A program made the translations under genes and the position numbers. From positions 620,001 through 684,000 of the forward strand of contig OZ218959.1 of assembly GCA_965112735.1 (NCBI GenBank): a stretch of DNA of 64,000 nucleotides. The letters are read 5' to 3'. Positions 23,225-32,524 of the stretch are shown in pieces. The DNA is from Phaeosaccion multiseriatum. Lineage: Eukaryota > Protista > Ochrophyta, other classes. Positions within the stretch are counted from its first letter, which is position 1. Each line of letters starts with the position of its first letter. The notes beneath the pieces are model-generated. The model did not search any database, had not been told where the DNA came from, and saw only the letters and a list, made by a program, of their open reading frames with translations.

Positions 23225-24810
23225 ATGGCAGACGTTATTAAGAGGGGGTCGTGGAGCGCGGCAAGGAGGGAGAGCAAAGGAGCCGTCGCGTTCGAAGGAG
23301 CTTATACAAAGGTGGGAGAACGAGCTTTCTGTCCACCCTTTGGTATTCAAACCAAATTATTGAGCTTTCTGTCCAACCAAGTCTGTCGTCCCCCTCCTTT
23401 CTCCCCTCCCTCCCTCTCATTTGCTTGTCCTTCACTCCCTGCCTCTCGGCCTCGCTCTATATCCATCTCGATGTTCCCTCACTCCTGTCTCTCTCTCCAC
23501 TCTTCTCTTTTTCTTTTCTGTCCTCTCTCTGCCCCCTCTCTTTCTCTCTTCTCTCTCCCTCCCCCTTTTTCTGCTCCTCCCTTCCTCTGTACCTGTCTTC
23601 CTCGCTGTCTCTCTCTCTCCATCCATATCGCCCTCTCTCTTCTCTATCCCTCGCCCTCGCTTTCTTTTCTCTTTCATCCCTCCCTCTCACACTTTGTCTG
23701 CCTCCCCCCCCTCTCTCTCTCTTTGCACTCTGTCTTTTTCTCTTCTGTCCTCTCTCCTTTGTGTTTCTCTCCTGTTCTCACGTTCTCTCTCCCTTCCCCT
23801 CTTCGTGTTTCCCCCTTCCCCTCTGGTCTCTCTCCCTCTTTCCATTGATCTCGCTCTCTGTCTCTACTCAATCTGTCTCTCCCTTTTACATCCATCTCAC
23901 TCTCTCTCTCTCTCTCTCTGTCTCTGTTCTCTCTCCCTTCCCTCGTGTCCCCCCCCTCCCTCCCATCTCTCTTTCTCTGCTTCCAACCAGGACCTCATGG
24001 TGGCAGCAAAGAACGGCGAACTCAATGCGATGATGGTGGCCGTGGAGAAGGGCGCTGATATCAACCTCGGGTGGGTCGAGGGGTAGACAGACCAGTGATC
24101 AAGTCTCAATGACGAAGCAGGAGGGGCGTAGGTATGCCTCTGCTCCTTGTGCTCTGCTTTGAAACTGAAACCAATGGCGCAAGAGCCCCCCCCCACCGCT
24201 TGAGGGGCTCACCCCCTGCTTCCCCCGTCGTGTGCTTTCTCGCCTCTAGATACAAGGCCAACATTTCCTACATTGGATCTGACAGCTGGAGATACCCCGG
24301 CTTGGCAGCGACCACCTCAACAGGGTTGGACTGGCCTACCCCAAGTGGGGTGAAGCCGGTGGACGGAGACACACTCCTCATGATTGCTTTCAAGACTCAC
24401 AGCGAGAAGATCGCAGAGACCATTCTCAAATGTAAAGGCGTCGATTTGAAAAAAGAGAACAGCGAAGGCATGGATTCGGAGGCCGTGGCAAAAGCGACAG
24501 GTAGGTGACAAGGGTTGGGCTCCTCCCATACTCGATTGTCCCCAAGTTCTGTGAGGCTTTGACCACCTGCTTTCTGCGCATTACCACCCCTGAACCCTTG
24601 TGTGCACGCACCCACGCACTCGCAGGCCACACCCTCATGCTTCAAGACACCGACTTGAAGGCCGAGCTCGGAGCACAGACGCGGCATTCGATTCAGCTCG
24701 ACACCAAGCTGCAGCGCGCGTTGGCCGACAACTATGCCAAAGAAGCCGAGATCGAGCGGTTAGAAAAGCTGCTCAGCGCCAGGCAGTCTGGGGGTTGTTT
24801 TTGTTCCTGA
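23225..24810 (+). CDS. Small ankyrin-repeat-like protein with a C-terminal coiled coil and a CaaX/CxC-like end (GGCFCS); 4 exons
   Basis: Exons about 23225-23311, 23991-24070, 24250-24500 and 24626-24810 give LMVAAKNGELNAMMVAVEKGADIN and GDTLLMIAFK....IAETILKCKGVDLKKENSEG (ankyrin-like), ending ...SGGCFCS*. Confidence 0.65.
23385..23985 (+). repeat. About 600-nt degenerate CT-rich polypyrimidine tract filling an intron (23312-23990)
   Basis: Directly visible, bounded by the donor AAG|GTGGG and the acceptor ACCAG|GAC. Confidence 0.9.
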
Positions 24811-25410
24811 CGCGCTTGGAAGTAGGCACAGGAAGAGCACGGCGGTGGGTGCCTGCCTTATTGCAGGCACAGCGTGTCGCCCAGAACGTCCTGAGTGCCT
24901 CACCTCAGGCAGAGGCGAGGGCACGCCGGCTGCAGTCTCTGCAGCAGCAGCAGCATCAGCAGTAGGCTGCCCTGCCCACAAGCGACGCGTCGAGTTTGAG
25001 AGGAGCGTTGGTGCCGATGCCGCTGCTACCCACCAGAGCGAGGACGCCACGAAGGTCGCCATCAATCCCCGACAAATGTTTATACGAATGTCCAGTGGGC
25101 ACCCTCTTTTTGGGAGCTGAGGGGGGGGGGGTTTAAGTTGGCAGCAAAGGTGGCTGAGCATAACTGGGTGGGATGTGGCAGTTGTGGTGGTATGTATAGA
25201 GAGCAATTTTAATGATGAGGCACATCATATGGTCGGCACGTGATATGGTAACAAAAATTGAATTCAAGTTCACTTCTTATCTGAAGGGAAAAGGAAGAGA
25301 AAACTATCTGTGATACATGATGCGCAGGAACCGCGGGGGGCGCTCTTCCCGTCCCTGACCAAAACAAAAACACTACTTCTACTACTACTACTACTACTAT
25401 ACTACTACTA

Positions 25411-26634
25411 CTACACCCAGCCTGCGTGTGCAACTTCTGCGGTGCTCATGAAAAGCGCCAGGTCCTCGCCCCCCTCCATGAGATCGCAAGTTATGTCAAT
25501 GCCATCCAGAGCATCCGTCGCCGTTTTCGGAAAGGGCTGGGCGGGCTGCTGCTGCTGCTGCTGCTGTGCCGCTCTTTCAGAAACCTTTGCCGCCAAAGCA
25601 CCCGCACGCTGTAGCTCGCCCCCGTGGGGCAGAGAGTACTGGTAGCCGTGGATCGACGCCGTGTCGCTCTCCGAGCTGGTCTCGTCCGAGAAGAAGAGGC
25701 TCTCTACATCGTCCTCCGGCACAATGGACGGCCGCGGGGACGAGGTGGACGACCCAGACGACGCCCTCGAAGCGCTGTCCATATCGTCGTGGCTAAGGAG
25801 TTCGAGCTTCTCGTCACCGTCAAAAAGGGTCTGGAGGTCCATTTCCTCCACTGATGTGGTCTTTGGTTCCTGGTCCGCGCAAGCAGTATTTTTGGAAGAA
25901 GAGTCGAGGCCTTCCAGATGGAAGAGGTCTAGTCTGGCGGCAGTCAGCGGCGCCGAAGACACGCCCGGCAAGAGAGGTTGTGGTGCAGGCACAACACGGT
26001 GGCTCCCTTCCGTGTTTTCCACGAAAAAGCTATCACTGCTCACGCTACTGGCCTCCCAGAAGCCACACTCGGTGCTGCTGCTGCTGCTGCTGCCGCCGCC
26101 GCTGCTGCTGCCGCCGCCGAGTCTGGCCACACTTCCGCCCGCGTGGAGGAAAAGCGGTCGTGCAGAGTGGGCCGCCTCGTCCATCGCTCGCCCTGCCTCC
26201 CCTCCTGGCGCCGCTGCTTCTCCTCCCGCCGCTTTATAACGCTTCCCCGTCCCGCTCCCATCGCCCCTCGCATGATGAGTTGGGCTGGTCGTGACGAGCG
26301 TTCCAAACGCTGCCAAACCCTGCCCCCTTTCTGCGTGGCCTTGCTGCAAGGCCTTTCGCTTCGCAGGTGCGGAAGTGCCGCTCCTGCTGCTCGAGCCAAA
26401 GCCAGATGATGATGATGATGATGATGATGATCCCCCAGCCTCGACTTGTTCGCCCCGAGGCCTCGTCGAGACATGGCGCGGCTGACGCGGCGAAGTCTGC
26501 GCTTCTGGCTCTGCCGAGTGCTGCCGCTGTTCTTGCAAGCGTTGTAAGCTGTGATACCGCGGCTGATGCTGCTCCTGCGCCTCCTCCTCCTGCCCACCAC
26601 CGCTGGGCGTGGGGGCACGTGGCACGATGGAAAC

Positions 26635-26666
<32 letters not shown>

Positions 26667-27264
26667 GCAGCTGCTGCTGCTGCTGCTGCTGCTGCTGCCG
26701 CCTCGAGCTTCGCACCCTCCCCAAACCCCTTGCCTTGCTTCGACGGTGGTCAGACTTGTCGGCTCTTTGTTTGTTCGTCCTTCTGGTTGAAGCATCGGGG
26801 CCGCCACCGCTGCTGCTCGTTCGTCGCAGGGAATCCCCGCCAAAATCGGAGCGGTCGGACGCCATGCCGCCAGCCGCCCCCGCTCTGTGAGAGTGGCCCT
26901 TCTCCGCCGAGGCGGCCCACAGCGCCACCGTCGGGGATACCCCCGAGCCTCCCACGGCCCCAGACATGGCCGCAGCCTCTTCCGCCGCCTCCTCCGCGCT
27001 CTTCCCAGCAAGCTTGCCCCTGGCCACCTTGAGGAAATACTTTTGGGCGTGCGTCCTGATCTGCACCACCGACCGGGTCTGAATCAGCCTAGCAATCTCC
27101 TTCCAGTTTTTCCCGTGGTCGCTTAGCCCCGTGAGGAACAGCTTATGCTCCTCGCAAGACCATCGCCCCGTTGAAGCCGTGTCTTCAGCAGGGTACCGAC
27201 TACTGCCACTGCAGCCATGGCCAGCAGCACTGCGCCTCCCCGACCCTGCCTTGCTGGACACCAT
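25411..27264 (-). CDS. Single-repeat MYB transcription factor, SHAQKYF class; intronless
   Basis: TGRWSCEEHKLFLTGLSDHGKNWKEIARLIQTRSVVQIRTHAQKYF, followed by polyQ/polyS tracts and an acidic C-terminus. Confidence 0.92.
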
Positions 27265-27813
27265 CGCCGCTTATTATATCTCCACCACTTACTGTACAGC
27301 GCGCGCAGCACAGCGTGATGGGTCCGAGAAGAGACAGGTAAGCTCTTTGTGGGGCGAATCTGATTCCAATCAATCAGAAAATAAACATGCCTTAAAGCAA
27401 AGGACCTCCTTCATGGGGGCAAGCACAGCGGCTCGTATCCTGGTTTGTCTTCTTCTGTGTGTGCTGCTCTGCTTTGCTGCTTAAGGATCCACCTCGTGCT
27501 TCCACGCCTCTAAAAGCCGCGTGGTACCCCTCGATTGGCAACAACTCTTCAATCTCATTCCTATTTTTTTTTTTTTGTACTCTTTGAGAGGTTGAAAAAA
27601 GAAGGTAACGATTGGTATTGAACCCGTAAGGGAGGTCAAAGGGAAGTTCCTTACGTAGCGCCTTACGTACCGTAGTCTACCAACTTCACCACCTGGTTCT
27701 CCGCCCTCGTCCACGGACGTGCTTTTCTTGTGGCTCTCCAGCCCCCTCCCTATCAATACAGACACGTTCTACTCCCTTGCATCTCCTCAAGTTTTAGTAT
27801 CACGCATCTCTCA

Positions 27814-28960
27814 GGGGTATGACCCTTCTCGACCCTCTCCTGCTTCTACCACAGCAACCCCAGCGATGTCGGAGTACTTCGCCCCACGAGCAATCACCAT
27901 CAAGAATGTCGCGCATGGACTCTACACTGGCATGGACGGCCCTCAGGAAAGCGCCTGGGCACAGCCCTGTGTCGCCACCTCGACTCTGTGTAAAGAGTCA
28001 CGTTGCTCTCCACCTAGGATAGGAGTAGCGACATGGATAAGGTAATAGCAACCCCAAAGCCAGCCTGGCAGCCAGCCTTGTCTCTATTAGCTTTATCCGT
28101 GAGCCATCCTAAACGACCAACCTGCTGGGAGGTGAGTGAGAAACGGGCCACGCACCGTTTCTCACCGTATTTGCCTGGGCCTGGGCCATTGACATAATAC
28201 TGACTTTCAACATCCCCGTCAGCCATCCCTGCACTTCAAACATTTGGGGTTGTAAAGAGTCACGTTGCTCTCCACCTAGGATAGGAGTAGCCGCATGGAT
28301 AAGGTAATAGCAACCCCAAAGCCAGCCTGGCAGCCAGCCTTGTCTCTATTAGCTTTATCCGTGAGCCATCCTAAACGACCAACCTGCTGGGAGGTGAGTG
28401 AGAAACGGGCCACGCACCGTTTCTCACCGTATTTGCCTGGGCCTGGGCCATTGACATAATACTGACTTTCAACATCTGCCCCCCCCCCCCAGGGTGCCCA
28501 CTCCTCCATCGTCGCCCAACTCCTGGAGCCGGGCCTGGACCTGGACGAGTATCTGGCGCCTCTCGACGACGAAGACGACCGGCCCACTAGGGCAGGGATG
28601 ATCAAGTACGAGGCTAGCTAAGATCCAGGCCAACTCGGAACTTTTCAACACATTGTACCACAGCACCGCGGGCTACCCCGCGTCCATCATACTCAACCAG
28701 TTTCGCCGACAGCACCAACGCAGCTGAACTCTACCGGCCGCGTCCTTCACCACGACACCCACGTGGCAAACTCCCACCAGCGCACATGCAGCGCCTTTTC
28801 CCACCAAATCAAGGCCGAGCACAAGCCCCAGCACAACCTCTCTCCCCCTTCTCTCCAAAAGTCGAGGCCCAACTGGCTGGAGCTCTTCAAAGTGCCTGAC
28901 ACACTATTGGAAAACGTCATCAATACTAGCATGATAGCTGATAGCGTGCCGGCTGGCGCT
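27814..28960 (+). pseudogene. Decayed ORF interrupted by the TRIM, possibly a copia-type gag remnant
   Basis: An ORF from ATG 27866 (MSEYFAP...) stops at the TSD and resumes after it (AHSSIVAQLLEPGLDLDEYL...; ANSELFNTLYHSTAGYPASIILNQF) with stops and frameshifts. It is preceded by CA|GGGGTATGACCC, resembling a half-tRNA-Met PBS. Confidence 0.4.
27989..28474 (-). mobile_element. Miniature non-autonomous LTR retroelement (TRIM-like)
   Basis: Two 224-bp direct repeats (27989-28212, 28251-28474), each TG...CA, differing at 2 adjacent nt. Interior is 38 bp. TCTG flanks both sides (27985-27988, 28475-28478). The purine-rich GGGATGGCTGACGGGGA on the - strand abuts the downstream LTR. Confidence 0.88.
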
Positions 28961-29404
28961 GGCAATAGCTGATAGCACGCGGATGCCGCCGGCCCCGTCG
29001 ATATGCTTGTAAATATCCTTGCCCATGTACACCTGTTACCTTTGCCAACAGCACATCGGGGTGGAAGATGCATATCCTTTGGCCCCCGACAAGCTCTGCA
29101 AAACTCAAAATTGGAACCTGGACGCTGGGCCGGTAGCAGCTGGAAGTTGATATCGGTGTCCTTGCTTCCCCCATGCCGACATCGACTTTCGCACACATTC
29201 GATGGTGACGTCTTCAGCTTCGATTTGCTCCTCCATCCAAGTGAAGACCATTCGTTGAGGTTGGTGCCTGCCATAGTGTTGTGAGTGGCGATGGTGGTAG
29301 CGAGAAGCAAGCCGGGTGCTGGCAGCTGAGGCTCCCGAATCGAGCTCCGCTGGGAAATGTTTCCTCTACTGCTGCTGCTGCTGCAAGGTAGGACAGGCTT
29401 TAGG

Positions 29405-32311
29405 CTACAAACCCGCGGCTTGCCACTCTCGCGCGAGACGCTGGGAAAAGTCTATTCGATCGGCTGGGTCCAGGGCCAGACCGCTGGTAACGTGCACGAA
29501 GAAGGCGTCCTGGGCGGCCATGGGGGCGTGAGCAGCGTTGGTTGAGCCAAAGCTTCCCACCCAGTTGAAGGCGTACCCCACGTCGTGGACGGGGAACCTA
29601 GTGGTGATGGGGTATTCGGATCCAGTCAGTACGAGCAGAGTTGGTTTCCTCACAGCCATTACACAGTATAGACAGCAGAAGGACCTGGAAGGGCAAACTC
29701 CACCCACCCGTGGCGAAGGCGCTGAGCATTGACGAATCCCTGGTCGTACAGCAGCACTTGGTCGTGCTGCATGTCTTGTCCTTGGGAGTGGCCTTTGAAG
29801 ATGGGAGAGTGCGACTGACTCGCGAGGAGAACTCCGCTATTGAACCACGATTCGTCGGCGGGGGGCTGCACCCCGTACCTGCATTTGCGAGTTTGTGGCG
29901 GTTCATAATATAGAAAGAACTAACAACCCCCCCGCTGTCCTCGAAAGGCCTCACTCACCTCAGGCACGCCATTCGAGAAAGCGCCGCAGAGACGGCAGGG
30001 GGTTTTGCTCTCCAGTCCTCCCACGCGGCCCCCAGCGCGTCCGCCGGAACCTCGTTGAAAAGGTCCGGAGAGTCCTTACGCACGAGCACCGTGTCGTCCA
30101 GGAGCAGCACCCTCTCGTACTGAAGCAGCGCATCAGCCATAGCGCTCACCTTGGCCCCTTTGGCGCACCGCCCCTTCTCCTCGCCGAGCTTGCCCGCGCA
30201 CGAGCTCGTGGAGCGGACAACGCGCAGGTCAGCGCCCACCTTGAGGGCATACGCTTCCAAGCGGCCCAGCACATCTTCCTCGAAGTGCAGCCGGCCCTTG
30301 TCCTGCTCCTGCCGGCCTCTCAGAGAGAGCACGAGGATGGCGCGGCCTAAAGGAACGAGGTGCATAACGTTCACGTTTGTTGCTTGTTTGTTTACTTCTC
30401 TGTCCGAGTTGAGGAGGAAAGAAAAATGACTGGTGTGGGGCGTGGACCAACCTCGGCGGTGGGAGGGCGGCCAGCGAGGCGCGCTCTCCAGCCACAAGCC
30501 GCGCTCCTCAAAGCGAGCGATCTTGGAGGCCATCCCGCGGATCTGGTTGTTGTGCACGATCACGGGTAGGCCGAGGCGAGGAACTGCGTCCGTTTCAAAG
30601 TACACCACTCCCTGTGGAGTGTGGCGGAGGGGGGAGGAAACGCAAAAGCCAAAGCAGAGCATAAGGGGGGGAGGAGGTTTGAGAGAGACGCTTGGCTGGC
30701 CCGCCCCGCCGTGTCACCGACCCCTCGAAAGAAGGATTAAGGAAATACTAGGGTCCACATTAGCGCCAAGACTCACCGCGGGAAACTGGACGACGTCCAG
30801 CACGCGCACCCGGAACTGCCCGAGCCCGCGGTACTTCTTCTCAAACAATATGAGATTTGTGGCCGCCTGGTCTCCAAAGTTCACGTCTTCTTGGGGCCAC
30901 GTTGCAAGTGCGTGAACCACGGACACCCAAAAGGAAAGAGCAGGGGGGGCTGCGCTCGCGTAGTAGAAGCCCGTACAAAGCTGGGGGGACATGTCCGGCA
31001 AGGTGGGGCAAGCGTTGGTGAGGACGGGAGCAATCATTTCTCTCAATCATGGGACTGCAGAGGGGCCGCATCTTCGACTCACCTCCGCTCGAAACAGCAC
31101 GCCTTCTTCTTGAGAGGCCTGTTGCTCGTCGCCGCCCAAAAAGAAGTCCTCTCGAGCCACGATATTGCTAGGAGCCTTGAGTCATACCGGGAAACGAAAG
31201 CAGGCAGCAAAAAAGACGTTTAGAAAGGACGGAACGGAACCAACCCCGCCACCCTCGAAACAACCAACCTGTATGCTCAGATGCACGCCTTTTCGCTTGA
31301 GGTGCGGAAAGGGGTCTTCAAGGACCACGACATCCGTGTCCATCCACAGCACGTTGACGCCCAGCAGCAGGCAAGTCAGGACGCTGGCAGGCTTCAGCAC
31401 GGCCAAGTCCGCAAAGCCCTGGGAGAAAACGTCCCTCGTCACCTCGACCTCGGGGCAGAACTGGCTCACGTCGGGGACGCGGTACGAAGCCACGCCGGCG
31501 GCCTGCATGGCGCTGTGCACCGCGTCGTCCAGCGAGAACACCACTGTGCGACGGAGCAGGCCTGCACGCTGGAGGGAGGGCTCGGGTTGGAGGAGGGCTC
31601 GCGGAGATCGGAAGGAGGTAGGAGAGTATAGTAACCTACCTGTAAGGAGGAGATGGCATTCCGCCCCAGCGGCAGATGGCCTTTGTTGAACATCAATAAA
31701 ATAATGTCCTTGCTGTCCCCGCCCGCTTGCTGGAGAATGCTCCCCAAGGCTTTGTCCGTAACCATTTCTCGAACGGTACCAAACACATGCATTCGCCGGC
31801 CCAGCCCAACAAGGTCCAGGTCCTCCACTTTGTCCAACGTCAAGCTCCGCCCCCCTGCCTCCGGCTCTGCGAGCGCCGACAACAGGGGCTTCAGCTCGCC
31901 AGACACTCCTACTTGCTCCTCCCACGCCTCGGCGTCCACGCAAAAGTCAATCACCTCGCCCTGCGCCGTCGCCGTGGGGACGCTCGCGTGGCAGCCTCGC
32001 TCGTAGCGCGGGGCGTCCTCTGCCTCGATGACATAGGTCCATGCCCTCCATACGCCCGGCGACACCCCACGCAGCACGTAAGGCGCACCAGCACCCCCCT
32101 CAGGACAAAACGTGAATGCTTCAAAGCTGTGGCGCACGTTCTGAAGGCACACGCAGGCATGCCCACTATCTGCTCCGTTCTGACCAAGCACGAACGTGAC
32201 ATCGGGCCCAGTCACCAGCTGCCCTTGTCGCGGCTGCGAGAACACCAGCGAGGACGAGGCGGCCGCCGCCTTCGGATGGGCAAGCGCCAAGAGAAGGAGA
32301 GGGGTTTTCAT
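29405..32311 (-). CDS. Secretory-pathway glycosyltransferase with two GT-A domains: nucleotide-diphospho-sugar transferase (GT77-like) plus GT8-like; about 7 exons
   Basis: Hydrophobic N-terminus. Domain 1: LLGVNVLWMDTDVVVLEDPF, LCTGFYY, DQAATN, VHNN....SKIARFEERGLW. Domain 2: AYALKVGAD, YERVLLLDDTVLVRKDSPDLF, WFNSGVLL, YDQGFVN, FNW, FFVHV. Stop at 29405-29407. Confidence 0.8.
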
Positions 32312-32524
32312 AAATTTGTAGCAGCGTCGAACAGCCGCTGAAGGTCCACGTCCATAGCAGCGCTTTCCATTAGAGAGAGGTGCAGTGATGGATAAGATCT
32401 CACCGTTGCACAAAAACAGAAACGTTACAGAAAAATCCAATGGGATCGTTACTTTGGAATAGTTTTCAAGCTTTTCTCACTACCATCCCCTCTATGCTTA
32501 CTTTCTCCGTTCTCAGCGACCGCA

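Noticed and set aside
23204-24086. Several 200+ aa Ser/Leu/Pro/Phe-rich ORFs and their Arg/Glu-rich antisense ORFs
   Set aside because: They are by-products of the stop-poor CT tract inside an intron.
27989-28474. Direct repeats with a 38-bp spacer as a possible CRISPR-like array
   Set aside because: Only two units of 224 bp, a eukaryotic context and no cas genes.
28014-28605. Two near-identical short ORFs (DVESQYYVNGPGPGKYGEKRC...) suggesting a duplicated gene
   Set aside because: They are translations of the two LTR copies; the TG..CA ends and the TSD explain the duplication.
29060-29100. EDAYPLAP resembling the gypsy reverse-transcriptase DAYPLP motif
   Set aside because: Isolated match; no downstream RT motifs (such as YxDD) were found in frame.
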